A DNA stretch of 64,000 bases from positions 1-64,000 of IMG/VR virus record IMGVR_UViG_3300046171_000227. One strand, written 5' to 3'. The DNA comes from a virus. Position 1 is the stretch's first letter, and the number at the start of each line of letters is the position of its first letter. The notes under the pieces were generated by a model. That model was not told where the DNA came from. It made no database searches and saw only the letters and a program-made list of their open reading frames with translations. This document shows positions 48,355-59,256 of this stretch, piece by piece. The position numbers were made by a program, and so were the translations under genes.

Positions 48355-50760
48355 TTATATCTTCCAAATAAGATCACAATAATCTTGAATTGATCGATCT
48401 GATGAGAAGAATCCAGATCTAGCGATATTTATCAATGACTTACGACTCCATTCTTCACGATTGCCCCAGGTAGTATCAACTACACTTTGGGCACGATTAT
48501 AATCCTCAAAGTCGGCACATACGCAGAATGGATCACTATTGAGAATATTATCAATTAGTGGTTTAAATACTTCTCTATCCCCGCCACTAAAGTGTCCAGA
48601 TTTTACAAGTTGAATCGCTTCAAATAATTTGGGACTCATGAAATGTTTTGGATTGTATCCATTACTCCATAGTTCACCAATCTGCTCCTCAGTATTACCG
48701 AAGAGGAAAAAGTTCTCTTCACCTACCAAATCACGAATCTCAACGTTTGCACCATCAAGTGTACCAATAGTCAAAGCACCATTCATCTGGAACTTCATAT
48801 TACCAGTGCCAGATGCTTCTTTACCTGCTGTAGAAATCTGTTCCGACAAATCCGCAGCAGGATATACCTTCTCTCCAAGTTTAACACTATAGTTTGGAAG
48901 GAAAATAACTTTCAGTTTCCCATCCATATCAGGATCACTATTGATAGTTTCAGCAATAGAGCAGATAAATCTGATAATAAGTTTTGCCATCCAGTAACCT
49001 GGAGCAGCTTTACCGCCAAATATTACTGTGCGAGGTACAACGTAATCGTCTTTGTGATTTTTGATATACACATACCTAGAAACCACCCATAAAGCAAGGA
49101 GATGCTGGCGTTTATATTCATGAATCCTCTTTACTTGAACGTCAAACATACTTGACGGATCAACAGAAACACCAAGAGTCTTCTGTATATATCGAGACAG
49201 TTTATGTTTTCCTAAAGTTTTGGTGTTTGCAATCTGTTCGAGTAAGTTAGAATCATCAAGTCCATCTTCAAGTACTTGAAGTTTACTCATATCAGATATC
49301 CAATCAGAACCAATGTAATCAGTAATAACTTGACTTAATGCAGTGTTAGAACTTGCCAACCACCTTCTGGGGGTTACACCATTGGTAACATTAGTAAACT
49401 TATGAGGCCAAAGTTCATAGAACTCTGGCATTAGATTTTTAGTGATAAGATCTGAGTGAAGCGCAGCGACACCATTTACATGATGAGATCCAACCGTTGC
49501 AAGGTTTGCCATACGAATAGATCTGTTTCCATCCTCATCAATGATAGAAAGTTTCCTGAGGATTTTGTCATCACCAGGATACTTCATCCTAACAACCTGT
49601 AAGAACCTATGGTTGATATCATAGATGATCTCAAGGTGTCTAGGAAGTAAATCCCCAAACATCTCCAGATCCCACTTCTCAAGTGCTTCTGGAAGGAGAG
49701 TATGATTAGTGTATGCGATTGACTTGGTTGTAATATCCCATGCAAGATCCCAGTCAAGTCTATTATCATCAACGAGAAGTCTCATCAACTCAGCAACAGC
49801 TACTGCTGGATGAGTGTCATTTAATTGAACTTGATAGTGTTTATGAAAATCTTCTAAAGAAATATTATTTTCTTTAAGTGTTCTAATCATATCCTGAAGT
49901 GAGGCACTAACAAAGAAAAACTGTTGCTTTAATCTCAGTCTCTTTCCTTGACAGGTTCCATCATTTGGATAAAGAACTTTAGAAATAGTCTCAGTAAAGA
50001 CACACTTCTCTACCGAACCCAGGTAGTCTCCTTGGTTAAATGCATCGAAATCAAATACATCGCAAGCATCCGCTCTCCAGAGTCTTAATTTGTTGCACCC
50101 CTCAACATTATATCCAACCTGAAGAACATCATAAGGAACCGCAAAGACGTACTCCTCAGGCACCCAGCGTACTCTCTTAATATTATCCCCATTGTTTGAG
50201 GTATAGTGTTCAACTTTACCACCAAAACCAACCTTTACGGATTGATCTGGATAACTAACTTCCCAAGGCCAATCACCGTGCAACCAGTTATCAGTAACTT
50301 CTACCTGTTGATTGTTGTGTATACTCTGCTTGAAAATACCAAACTTGTATCTAATACCATATCCCGTTGCAGGAACCTTCAGAGTGGAAAGAGACTCCAT
50401 ATAACAAGCAGCGAGTCTACCCAATCCACCATTACCCAATCCAGGTTCTTCTGCTTGTTCTAAAATCTCATCAAGAGAATATCCATACTCTTTTACAGAC
50501 TCTGCCGCAACCTCTTTCAATCCAAGATTGAGTAAATTATTTGCTAGTTGTGGCCCTATCAAAAACTCTGCTGATAGATATGCGACTGTTTTATTTGGTT
50601 TAGGATTATTATGATAAGATGTCATCATCCTATCCCTAATGGCATAACACAATGCCATATACACATCATGAACCGTTTCGGTTTTTGGTTTCTTACCTAA
50701 GGTGAATGTAAGATGATCACCAATTGCCGAACTAATATCAACAGTACTAATTTTATGCAT
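48355..50760 (-). CDS. glgP: Glycogen/starch/alpha-glucan phosphorylase (GT35), intact
   Basis: GLGNGGLGRLAAC, LYPND, QLNDTHP, YTNHT, TNGVTPRRW, KRIHEYKRQ, EASGTGNMK (PLP lysine), FSSDRSI. Confidence 0.97.
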   Translation of the reverse strand: MHKISTVDISSAIGDHLTFTLGKKPKTETVHDVYMALCYAIRDRMMTSYHNNPKPNKTVAYLSAEFLIGPQLANNLLNLGLKEVAAESVKEYGYSLDEILEQAEEPGLGNGGLGRLAACYMESLSTLKVPATGYGIRYKFGIFKQSIHNNQQVEVTDNWLHGDWPWEVSYPDQSVKVGFGGKVEHYTSNNGDNIKRVRWVPEEYVFAVPYDVLQVGYNVEGCNKLRLWRADACDVFDFDAFNQGDYLGSVEKCVFTETISKVLYPNDGTCQGKRLRLKQQFFFVSASLQDMIRTLKENNISLEDFHKHYQVQLNDTHPAVAVAELMRLLVDDNRLDWDLAWDITTKSIAYTNHTLLPEALEKWDLEMFGDLLPRHLEIIYDINHRFLQVVRMKYPGDDKILRKLSIIDEDGNRSIRMANLATVGSHHVNGVAALHSDLITKNLMPEFYELWPHKFTNVTNGVTPRRWLASSNTALSQVITDYIGSDWISDMSKLQVLEDGLDDSNLLEQIANTKTLGKHKLSRYIQKTLGVSVDPSSMFDVQVKRIHEYKRQHLLALWVVSRYVYIKNHKDDYVVPRTVIFGGKAAPGYWMAKLIIRFICSIAETINSDPDMDGKLKVIFLPNYSVKLGEKVYPAADLSEQISTAGKEASGTGNMKFQMNGALTIGTLDGANVEIRDLVGEENFFLFGNTEEQIGELWSNGYNPKHFMSPKLFEAIQLVKSGHFSGGDREVFKPLIDNILNSDPFCVCADFEDYNRAQSVVDTTWGNREEWSRKSLINIARSGFFSSDRSIQDYCDLIWKI

Positions 50761-50791
50761 AATATTATGCGATGTGTTTACTATTTAAGCA

Positions 50792-50826
50792 CAAAAAAAG
50801 AGTCCGTCAACTAAGTTGAGGACTCT
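50792..50826 (-). terminator. Terminator between nrdB and glgP
   Basis: GAGTCC-TCAAC-TTA-GTTGA(C)-GGACTC followed by T7. Confidence 0.7.
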
Positions 50827-50842
50827 GTTTTGTTTTCCTAAC

Positions 50843-52033
50843 TCAAAGTTGGAATCCAGAAAAAGTATCTTTCTTGACATCCTGCTTGATACCGCCTACA
50901 ACATAAGACTCTACTTCTGTCTCTTGAGGAGCAACCTGAAGTCCTTTAGAAGAGATCCAATGTTGAGTCCATGGCAGAGGATTGTTCTTGGCAGCAATAT
51001 CATACTGAGGAGTCAGTCCTATTGCCTTCAGACGACGATTAGCAATCCACTCAACATACTGCTGAAGAAGTTTGTCATTCAGTCCGATCATTGAACCATC
51101 TTTGAACAAATAGTCTGCCCAACGCTTCTCTTCGTTAACAGCACGATCAAACATCTTATAAGTCCACTCTTCTTCTTCCTTCATGATTTGCTTCATTTCA
51201 GGATCATCACCTTGTTTCCACTTATTAAGAATGTTTTGTGTGATTGCAAGATGCTGGTTCTCATCTCTGGCGATAAGCGAGATGATCTTAGCGGATCCTT
51301 CCATAAGTTTAAGTTCGCCAAATGCAAAGCTGCAAGCGAAACTAACATAGAATCGAATACCCTCTAGGATGTTGACGTTTGCAACTGCTCTATAAAGTTT
51401 ACGCTTGATGTCATTAATCTCCCATTGTGCTGTGGGAGAATCTCTGAACTCTTTACTCCACATATTACCAGTGCCCCAAGTTTGAGCACTATTAATAAAA
51501 TCATCATATGCTTCTGTAACGCTGCTAGCACGCTCTAGAATACGCTGATCAGTAACGATCTTATCGAATACCTCTGAAGGATCCGAATAAACGTTCTTGA
51601 TGATGTAAGTGTAAGAACGACTATGGATCATCTCCATGAATCCCCAGACTTCCATACATGCTTCCAATTCAGGAAGAGAGCAGTAAGGAATGAATGCCAT
51701 TCCAGGGCCTCTACCTTGAATAGAATCTAACATAATCTGATACTTCAGGTTAGAAGTATAGATATGTTTTTGTTCTGGACGAAGAGTTTGATAATCTCCA
51801 CGATCTTTTTGCAGAGATACTTCTTCGGGACGCCAAAAGTATCCAAGTTGTTGAGTAGTCAGTTTATCGAAAACTGGATACTTATAAGAGTCATACCTCT
51901 GGACTCCCAGGGGTTTTCCAAAAAACATGGGTTGCTTTTTGGTATCTACTTGTTCTGTATTGAAAACAGTCATCCCTTTGACTTCTGTTTTCTTATCTTC
52001 TATTGATGAAACCTTAAACTGCACAGGATTCAC
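50843..52033 (-). CDS. nrdB: Class Ia ribonucleotide reductase beta subunit
   Basis: FWRPEEV, EMIHSRSY, LEGIRFYVSF, RDENQH, APQETEVESY. Confidence 0.97.
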   Translation of the reverse strand: MNPVQFKVSSIEDKKTEVKGMTVFNTEQVDTKKQPMFFGKPLGVQRYDSYKYPVFDKLTTQQLGYFWRPEEVSLQKDRGDYQTLRPEQKHIYTSNLKYQIMLDSIQGRGPGMAFIPYCSLPELEACMEVWGFMEMIHSRSYTYIIKNVYSDPSEVFDKIVTDQRILERASSVTEAYDDFINSAQTWGTGNMWSKEFRDSPTAQWEINDIKRKLYRAVANVNILEGIRFYVSFACSFAFGELKLMEGSAKIISLIARDENQHLAITQNILNKWKQGDDPEMKQIMKEEEEWTYKMFDRAVNEEKRWADYLFKDGSMIGLNDKLLQQYVEWIANRRLKAIGLTPQYDIAAKNNPLPWTQHWISSKGLQVAPQETEVESYVVGGIKQDVKKDTFSGFQL

Positions 52034-54311
52034 ACTCTCCCTCCTCGGCTTGTTCTAATTCTTCTAACAGGTTATTCAGTTTTTCTTTGTCTTCCTCTAC
52101 TTCATCAGACTTTAGATCATTTGTGTTCTGGTAATAAGAGGTTTTCCAACCGTACTTATATGTAGTTAAAAAGTCTTGTGCCATGATGGACACTGGGACT
52201 TCATTATCATCATAATGCTCCGGATTGTAACTCCAGTTACCAGAAATTGCCTGATCAAAGAACTTTTGCATTACTGCGACAACATTAATATAACCTTTGT
52301 TGTTAGGCATGTCCCACAAGAGAGTATAATTATTCTTCAAAGAATTGTATTGAGGAACAATCTGCTTAAGAGGCCCTTTCTTTGATTTTTTAACGGACAA
52401 GTAGTCGCGAGGTGGTTCGATTCCATTGGTGGCATTTGACACAACGGAACTGCTCTCCGATGGCATCTGTGCGGACAACGTACTGTGCCGTAATCCAAAT
52501 TCGTTGATAGATGCCCTAAGAGATTCCCAATCATGCTGGAGTTGTTGAGAAGAAATTTCGTCTACGTCCTTCTTGTATGTATCAATAGGAAGAATTCCAT
52601 CGGCGTACTTAGTGCGTCCAAAGTATTCGCAGTGTCCCTTTTCCTTAGCAATTTGATTAGAAGACTTCAGAAGGTAATACTGGAAGGACTCAGAGAGTCC
52701 ATGAACAGCATCCCATGCCTCTTGATCACCATACTTATATCCAAGTTTTGCCAGATAATGTGCTAAACCGATGAAACCAATGCCAAGCGATCTACGTGCC
52801 CTTGTAGCGATTTCTGCTGCCCTTACAGGATACTTCTGATAGTCAATGAGTTCTTCTAGTCCGCGTACAGAAAGATCACAAAGGTTTTCAAGTTCTTCAT
52901 CAGACTTGACTTTACCAACATTGATAGCGGAAAGAATACAAAGTGCAATCTCACCATACTCATCATCAATATGATTCAGAGGATATGTCGGAAGAGTAAT
53001 CTCTTGACACAAGTTGGACATCTCAACCTTGTCTTTGAAGGATGAGTGAGAGTTACAATGATCGATGTTCATAATATAAACACGTCCAGTCTCTGCACGC
53101 TCTTTCAGCAGATCAAGAATCAGTTTCTGAGCACCGATAGTCTTTCTTGGAATAGACTGATCTGATTCATAGTCCACATAGCGAGCGTCAAATGAATCAG
53201 TACCAAAAGCATCATACAAACCTGGTACGTCATGCGGTGAGAATAAGCTAATTTCTCCATCCTGGATGAAACGCTCATAGAAAAGTTTTGAAATCTGGAT
53301 CGAGTAGTCAAGTTTCCTTACGCGATTGTCCTCTGTACCCTTGTTGTTCTTAAGGACAATTATGTCTTCGATTTCTTGGTGCCAGATTGGGAAGTGGACA
53401 GTCGCTGAGCCACCTCGTATTCCATTCTGTGTACAACACCGGACAGTCGATTCAAACTTTTTAAGGAATGGTACAACACCTGTGTGTTGAACTTCTCCGC
53501 CTCGGATCTTACTGTTGATGCCACGGATTCGGCCTGCGTTGATACCGATGCCCGCCCTTTGTGCAACATATCTGCCGATAGCCATATCAGAAGTAAAGAT
53601 GCTATCGAGGGTGTCATCAACATCAACAAGAACACAGCTAGCAAATTGTCGAAGTGGAGTTCGCACTCCTGCCATGATAGGTGTGGGAATGTTGATTTTG
53701 TGTTTGCTGATTGCGTCGTAGTATCGTTTGACATAAGTCATCCTGGTTTCTTTGGGATACTCTGCAAAAATAGTCAGAGCAATCATGATATACATGAACT
53801 GAGGAGTCTCGTACACTCCACCAGTGCTGCGATCTTGAACCAGATACTTATCTGCTACTTGACGCAACCCAGCATAAGTGAAGAGAAAGTCACGATGATG
53901 ATCGATGTAGGAATTTGCTTTCGCAATCTCCTCCTTAGAGTATTTAAGGAAAATTTCTTTGTCATACACCTCAATATTTGTGCAACTCATGATATGAGTT
54001 TCCAAATCAGGAAGTTCACGCATCTTTCCATATAATTGCTTCCTGAGTGAGAATAGAAGCAGTCTAGCAGCGACGAATTGATAGTTAGGATGTTCTAGAT
54101 CAATCAGATCGCTTGCCGCCTTAATCAGAATTTCTTGAATCTCTGCTGTTGTGATGCCATCATAAAACTGAATACCAGACTTCATCTCAACTTGACTAGC
54201 GGAAACACCTGCAAGTCCTGTGGTTGCTTCATCAACCATCAGATGCATTTTATCTAAATCAAGAGACTCGATTCTACCGTCTCGCTTTTTAACCTTGATA
54301 CCGTTACTCAT
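52014..54311 (-). CDS. nrdA: Class Ia ribonucleotide reductase alpha subunit
   Basis: ATP cone, FASCVL, SNLCQEI, TNGIEP, C-terminal CESC. Confidence 0.98.
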   Translation of the reverse strand: MSNGIKVKKRDGRIESLDLDKMHLMVDEATTGLAGVSASQVEMKSGIQFYDGITTAEIQEILIKAASDLIDLEHPNYQFVAARLLLFSLRKQLYGKMRELPDLETHIMSCTNIEVYDKEIFLKYSKEEIAKANSYIDHHRDFLFTYAGLRQVADKYLVQDRSTGGVYETPQFMYIMIALTIFAEYPKETRMTYVKRYYDAISKHKINIPTPIMAGVRTPLRQFASCVLVDVDDTLDSIFTSDMAIGRYVAQRAGIGINAGRIRGINSKIRGGEVQHTGVVPFLKKFESTVRCCTQNGIRGGSATVHFPIWHQEIEDIIVLKNNKGTEDNRVRKLDYSIQISKLFYERFIQDGEISLFSPHDVPGLYDAFGTDSFDARYVDYESDQSIPRKTIGAQKLILDLLKERAETGRVYIMNIDHCNSHSSFKDKVEMSNLCQEITLPTYPLNHIDDEYGEIALCILSAINVGKVKSDEELENLCDLSVRGLEELIDYQKYPVRAAEIATRARRSLGIGFIGLAHYLAKLGYKYGDQEAWDAVHGLSESFQYYLLKSSNQIAKEKGHCEYFGRTKYADGILPIDTYKKDVDEISSQQLQHDWESLRASINEFGLRHSTLSAQMPSESSSVVSNATNGIEPPRDYLSVKKSKKGPLKQIVPQYNSLKNNYTLLWDMPNNKGYINVVAVMQKFFDQAISGNWSYNPEHYDDNEVPVSIMAQDFLTTYKYGWKTSYYQNTNDLKSDEVEEDKEKLNNLLEELEQAEEGECESCAV

Positions 54312-55276
54312 ACTTTCTTCCAGGTGTTAAATTTAAGTTTTGCTTCCAAACCACTGTATGTGTTACATTCTACAATCTTCTGAACATCATGTCCAGCGAT
54401 CACCATATCATTAATGTCCTTTTCATCTATAGATGATGGAAAGATAACTACCCTTCCACCGTTGTTGATTGTACGCTCGATTCTGGATACAATCTCTCTG
54501 TTGCGTGGTTCGTTATCATAGATCCAAACAGGATTGCCAATCCCCCAACGATCAACATCAGCATCAGCTCCGCACATAGCAATCGCGTTGCGAATGAACG
54601 TTGAATCAAAGGGGCCTTCAGTGACGTAAACTGACTCAGATTTTTCAACATCATCAAGTCCATAAATTTTTGGCGCATTGTCATCAAACATCACGGTGAT
54701 ATATTTAACAGGGTTAGGATCTATAGATCTACCCTGCAATCCGATCAGATTTTTCTCATAGTAGATCGGAATGATTATTCTCTCTTCATCATAGCGGGTA
54801 TCATCAAAGGTTGGTTTGATCGTGTTAACAAACTTCTTGAACTTCTTTGCATAATAAAACTTTGATGGATCTAATTTCCTTGCAGTCAGATATCCATCAG
54901 ATCGAGGATTCTCAAAAGCTTTAGGAATACTCAAACTCTTCTTGAACTTAGGTGCTTCAAACTTAAAGTCTGGTTCTTCAACAACAAAGTTTCTACCAGT
55001 ATGTCCTTCTTTGAATTTCTCTAATGAGTATTGCTTATGAGTCGGAGCATCCACATGCTTCAGAAAGTTACTGAAGGACATTGAAGCACCACAGTTATGA
55101 CACTTAAAGTTTGTATTAGTCTTTACAGAGTAAATATAACCCCGTGTTTTATTCTTGTTTTTCTTCGAGTCGCCACAAATGGGACAACGAAAGTTGTAGA
55201 GATTTGATTTAACTCTCTTAAATTTTCCTAAGCGTGGTGAAATAATCCCAATGTACTTAGAATCAATGTGATCCAT
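54308..55276 (-). CDS. gp61: DNA primase gp61
   Basis: FRCPICGDS...CHNC zinc finger; TEGPFDS and YDNEPRN TOPRIM; KDINDM. Confidence 0.93.
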   Translation of the reverse strand: MDHIDSKYIGIISPRLGKFKRVKSNLYNFRCPICGDSKKNKNKTRGYIYSVKTNTNFKCHNCGASMSFSNFLKHVDAPTHKQYSLEKFKEGHTGRNFVVEEPDFKFEAPKFKKSLSIPKAFENPRSDGYLTARKLDPSKFYYAKKFKKFVNTIKPTFDDTRYDEERIIIPIYYEKNLIGLQGRSIDPNPVKYITVMFDDNAPKIYGLDDVEKSESVYVTEGPFDSTFIRNAIAMCGADADVDRWGIGNPVWIYDNEPRNREIVSRIERTINNGGRVVIFPSSIDEKDINDMVIAGHDVQKIVECNTYSGLEAKLKFNTWKKV

Positions 55277-55664
55277 TCACGAAAGCGACTACTGGTGCTA
55301 CTATAGCACTTTCAGTAGAGGATATCAAGGGTTTAACAAGTTTTAATGCTTGGGGATTGGTGGCTGTGATTATTAATCCCAATACTCCGATACCAACCCA
55401 GAGTTTTCTTTCCAATAAGGATAATCTTTGACTAACATTGTCATGATCGCTGTCCATTTTATCACGGAGTTTGTCAATTTTATCAAAGAGTACTGAGTCA
55501 ATTTGTTCTTGTTTTGATATTCTTTCTTCATGGACGGCAAGCATCCTAGACACATTATTATTTACCTCTGCAATTTTTTCAATAGCAGAATCCAACTTCG
55601 TGACAACTGCCTCAAAGTTTTGAAGTTTTTCTTCTAGAACTGCAACCTTAATTTGCTCAGCCAT
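55263..55664 (-). CDS. Coiled-coil protein with a C-terminal transmembrane helix
   Basis: MLAVHEERI...LERKLWVGIG. Confidence 0.65.
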   Translation of the reverse strand: MAEQIKVAVLEEKLQNFEAVVTKLDSAIEKIAEVNNNVSRMLAVHEERISKQEQIDSVLFDKIDKLRDKMDSDHDNVSQRLSLLERKLWVGIGVLGLIITATNPQALKLVKPLISSTESAIVAPVVAFVNGSH

Positions 55665-55869
55665 TTTGACGCCAAGTTCTGCGAGTGCCGTATCTACCTA
55701 CAGGTGTTGGTTTTCTTTTTTTCTTCTTAGTAAAGACTGGAGGATCTTCTCCAGGTGCTGCACCAGCGATCTTGCCATCACCAACATTATTAGTAGGAGC
55801 ACCAACAGCTCCCGCACCCATCATTTCTCTAAAGAGATGTAAAAAATTTTCTACTGATTTACTGCTCAT
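55657..55869 (-). CDS. Hypothetical protein
   Basis: APTNNVGDGKIAG...DPPV. Confidence 0.6.
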   Translation of the reverse strand: MSSKSVENFLHLFREMMGAGAVGAPTNNVGDGKIAGAAPGEDPPVFTKKKKRKPTPVGRYGTRRTWRQNG

Positions 55870-56245
55870 TGTGAAAAGAAATAAGTTCTCTTAGACAATT
55901 ATCATCCATTTCCAAATCATGAATATAAGTATGAGGAAACTCTGGTAACTTACCTAAAAACACTACAAATGTTTTTAAACAACTTCTAAGATCCTGCTCA
56001 TCTATTTTGTAAAATAACATCGGTGTTGTTGCTTCACCAAATATATTATATAAAACAATGAAATGATTAAGAAGAAGATGTACTTTCAATTCACCAGTTG
56101 ACTTATACCTTTTAAGTAACCGCTTGATATATTTAAAATGATTTAGATCCTTATCAAAGTCTTCTCTAGTTACTGCCTGAGGATTTTCATAATTCTTAAT
56201 GGCAAAGAGGAGAAAGTTCTCCGAATTCAATTCATGAAATAACAT
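55859..56245 (-). CDS. Conserved T4-like phage hypothetical protein
   Basis: FLLFAIKNYENP...FKYIKRLL...LLNHFIVLYNIFG. Confidence 0.75.
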   Translation of the reverse strand: MLFHELNSENFLLFAIKNYENPQAVTREDFDKDLNHFKYIKRLLKRYKSTGELKVHLLLNHFIVLYNIFGEATTPMLFYKIDEQDLRSCLKTFVVFLGKLPEFPHTYIHDLEMDDNCLRELISFHNEQ

Positions 56246-56251
56246 CCCTTA

Positions 56252-56782
56252 TCAGTTCGCATTAACAATATTAGGATAACTAGGAGCATTACCAGTAGAA
56301 ATACCGGACATAGCACAAAGAATCTCTTTCTTGACTCTCAGATTACCAGCATTATCTGTATAAGTGGTAACACCAACCCAGCCTACACCAGTCTCATAAA
56401 CGGTTCCTGATGCATCTGCAGAACCTGCTGCAGCGACTCCATAGTTGATAGAGGAATATGCAGTGTTTCTCTCACTGTAGTGTCCGTCAACAGCAAACTT
56501 AGGAAGTTGAGAAGCAGTGTAAGAAGTGGCAGCAATGGCAGCACCACTAAGTCCTGCAGTTGATGCGATTGTTAGTTGAGATGTACTAGCAATACTTACA
56601 ACAACAGCATCACCGAAATATGTGCCGGGTTTCTCAAGTGATCCAAAACGAATCACATCACCTTCTTGAATTTTGCCACTTTCACCAAATCCAGAATTAC
56701 TACCCGTCACAACTCTGGTAGAGTAATTCAGGGAGACAGTTCCATGTGCAGTAATATTATCGTTATTGCCCCAGAGTGCCAT
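56252..56782 (-). CDS. Putative virion structural protein
   Basis: MALWG...GWVGVTTYTD.GNLRVKKEILCAMS; TATAAATA at 56815-56822. Confidence 0.7.
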   Translation of the reverse strand: MALWGNNDNITAHGTVSLNYSTRVVTGSNSGFGESGKIQEGDVIRFGSLEKPGTYFGDAVVVSIASTSQLTIASTAGLSGAAIAATSYTASQLPKFAVDGHYSERNTAYSSINYGVAAAGSADASGTVYETGVGWVGVTTYTDNAGNLRVKKEILCAMSGISTGNAPSYPNIVNAN

Positions 56783-56825
56783 GTCTTACGTCCGATAGTT
56801 TAATTGCTATAAGATATTTATAAAT

Positions 56826-57026
56826 TCACTCTTCTCTCGTTTTGATTGATTTGGTGACAACTTCAAGAAGTTTATCATCCATATCAGTCTTGGTTAACTT
56901 AACCGCTTTAGCAAGGATAACAAGACAGATCTCAACCAACTTCTCACCGAGTTCTTCATTTTCCGGAATCTTTGCGACTGCATCTGAAATAATTTTTGAT
57001 GCTAATGGGAGTAAAAATGCAAACAT
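56826..57026 (-). CDS. Small hypothetical protein
   Basis: KAVKLTKTDMDDKLL. Confidence 0.6.
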   Translation of the reverse strand: MFAFLLPLASKIISDAVAKIPENEELGEKLVEICLVILAKAVKLTKTDMDDKLLEVVTKSIKTREE

Positions 57027-57054
57027 GATGAACCTCAATACTACATTCTATATA

Positions 57055-57843
57055 TCAATTATCGGGTGTGAAAGATCCTTTATTGAATGTTCCCATCTTG
57101 CCTTTATGATATCCACGCATTCCTGTTGATTTAGATCTTACTTTCTCTACATCCTGTACAAATTTACCAAACTTTTTACGCTTATCATCTTTGGCAAATT
57201 TCTTTTTCTCAGCATCATATCTCTTAATTTTTTCTGCCCTTCCAGAATCAGAACCACTATAGATTTCGTTTACCTTTTTCTTTTTTCCTTGACAATGTGC
57301 TTTTTGAGAGAATCCTTTGGGGTTATTGCAATTGATTGATTTCTTATACTTATCACTCCATCCTTCATTCATTTTTTTAGTTTTCTTTTTCATCGCATTG
57401 ATATACTTTCTGTAGACTGCTGCCTCAGAAGTCTTACCCATCTCTCTTGCTCTTTGCTCCATAGCAACTGCTGCTTGAATTTTGTGAGCATGAGATCTTG
57501 ATGACTTACGAATCTTAGAAACAGATGCTTTTGCAGTTGCAACATCCTTGAACCCTAAACCATGAATAGTTCCTTTGGGATTCTCATCAGTGTAAAGATC
57601 AGAGTGCTTCTTAGAATTAGCAGGTTGTCCTTTCTTTCTAGGAATACGAGGATTAGATTCCTCTTTAGCAACTACCTTCTCAGGAAGTTTCTTATGCTTT
57701 GTTGATGCAAAATCTTTTACATCTTTTTTCTTCATCTCAGCAGCTGCCTTTGCAGTCTCAGGAGTAGTAGGTGCCATCTCACCTTTCTGGATGGCACGAA
57801 CTATTCCAAAGAAACGCTGCTGCTTTTTAGATACTGCAGGCAT
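57055..57843 (-). CDS. Modular Lys-rich protein (DUF3008-like N-terminus)
   Basis: MPAVSKKQQRFFG...FASTKHKKLP, DLYTDENPKGTIHGLGF and SINCNNPKGFSQKAHC modules. Confidence 0.7.
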   Translation of the reverse strand: MPAVSKKQQRFFGIVRAIQKGEMAPTTPETAKAAAEMKKKDVKDFASTKHKKLPEKVVAKEESNPRIPRKKGQPANSKKHSDLYTDENPKGTIHGLGFKDVATAKASVSKIRKSSRSHAHKIQAAVAMEQRAREMGKTSEAAVYRKYINAMKKKTKKMNEGWSDKYKKSINCNNPKGFSQKAHCQGKKKKVNEIYSGSDSGRAEKIKRYDAEKKKFAKDDKRKKFGKFVQDVEKVRSKSTGMRGYHKGKMGTFNKGSFTPDN

Positions 57844-59246
57844 CAGTCACTACTTCCCATTCTGGGTTTGCCGACTGCATCAGTCATTTTCTGAGCATCT
57901 GTTCTGGTGTCCTTTTTAGGAGCAACTTTTGGAACATTACCCATTGCTTTTTTGTTTGCTGCTTTCTTCTGCTCAGGACTCATTTTATTATACTTCTGAG
58001 AGATCTTCATCTGCTGATCAACAGATAATTCCTTCTCTTGAAGTTCATTTTGTTCTGTGACACCAGTCTCTTTATCTTGACGACGTTGAGTACCCGTTGC
58101 TTTCATTGTGCGAGATTTCAAACTCACACCTTTTTTATTCTCAGCTTTTTTTAGTTGGACGGGGAGACTGAGGTTTAGAAGGATCTGCTGCCATACTAAA
58201 CTTTTCATCAACAATCTCTTCACTCATGCGCTTTGCAACAGCGAGTGCTCCTTGCTTGATTCTATCTTTGATACTTTTCTTTGCAACTTTAGGAGCATCA
58301 GTTACTCTTTTCTTAGCAGTGGAGAGAGCAGACTTAACTTTGTCTTTTGCAGCAGAACCAGCAAATGCAACATCTGTTGCTGTATTCACCGCTTTCTTTT
58401 TCATATTGCTAGCGACTTCACCTGCCTTTCTCTTCATGAATCTAAGGCGTCCTTTCGCCTTCTTCATCATCTCTGCTCTTTTGATCTTACCAGCAGCTGC
58501 TTTAGATGACTTCACAGCAGAGTCATAGTAACTATCACTTACTTCGTTAAGTTGCTCAGTCAGAGCAAACTCAATCGCATCCTCAACATCTTCCTCAGAG
58601 TATCCCTCTTCAATCAGTTCGTCATATACACTCTGAACGATTTCATCAAATTCATGATCTTCGATCTCTTCGATCAAAGTGCCACCAATCTCTTCGATTG
58701 CTTCACCAAGTTTAGGGTTAATCTTAACCTTATTGTTTACCTTCTTCTCTTTGATGGGTTTATCTGCTTCAGTCTCATCCATCACTTCAATAAGTCCCTG
58801 CTCTTGAAGATCTGCTCTCCAATCAGAAAATTCTTCTTTTGCAGCGATTGCCTTACCAATCTTCTTACGACGGTTCATCAGATACTTATCAGTCTTATCT
58901 TTTTTGCCATCATTATTGATATCACCATCTTCTTTTCCTACAGGATCAAGTCCTTCTTTATAATTATCTCTTGCTTTCTCATCACCCATCTTAGCAAAAC
59001 GCTCTTTCTCTTTCTGACGGGAGATAGCAGACACAATCTTATTAGACTTATTCAATGCATCTTCTTTCTTCTTACCTTTAGAAGCAAGTCCTGTGCGAGC
59101 AAGGTTGCCTGCACGACGATACATTTTATTTTCTTTGGATCGATCAATCTCTTTGTAACCTTCCTCTGTTGTTTCTTGGAAGCTACTTTATCCAGATATA
59201 CCTTTGAAATGTCATTCAAAGGATTCTTACCGATTCCATCAGACAT
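57843..59246 (-). CDS. Large modular Lys/Glu-rich protein (apparent indels at ~59130-59160 and ~58147)
   Basis: ORFs 59052..59246, 58141..59124 and 57843..58223 appear to be one gene; LDPVGKEDGDINNDG module; CATAAATA upstream. Confidence 0.6.
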
Positions 59247-59256
59247 GGTAATACTA

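Noticed and set aside
53484-54035. 183-aa ORF antisense to nrdA
   Set aside because: Codon-register mirror of nrdA with no independent signals.
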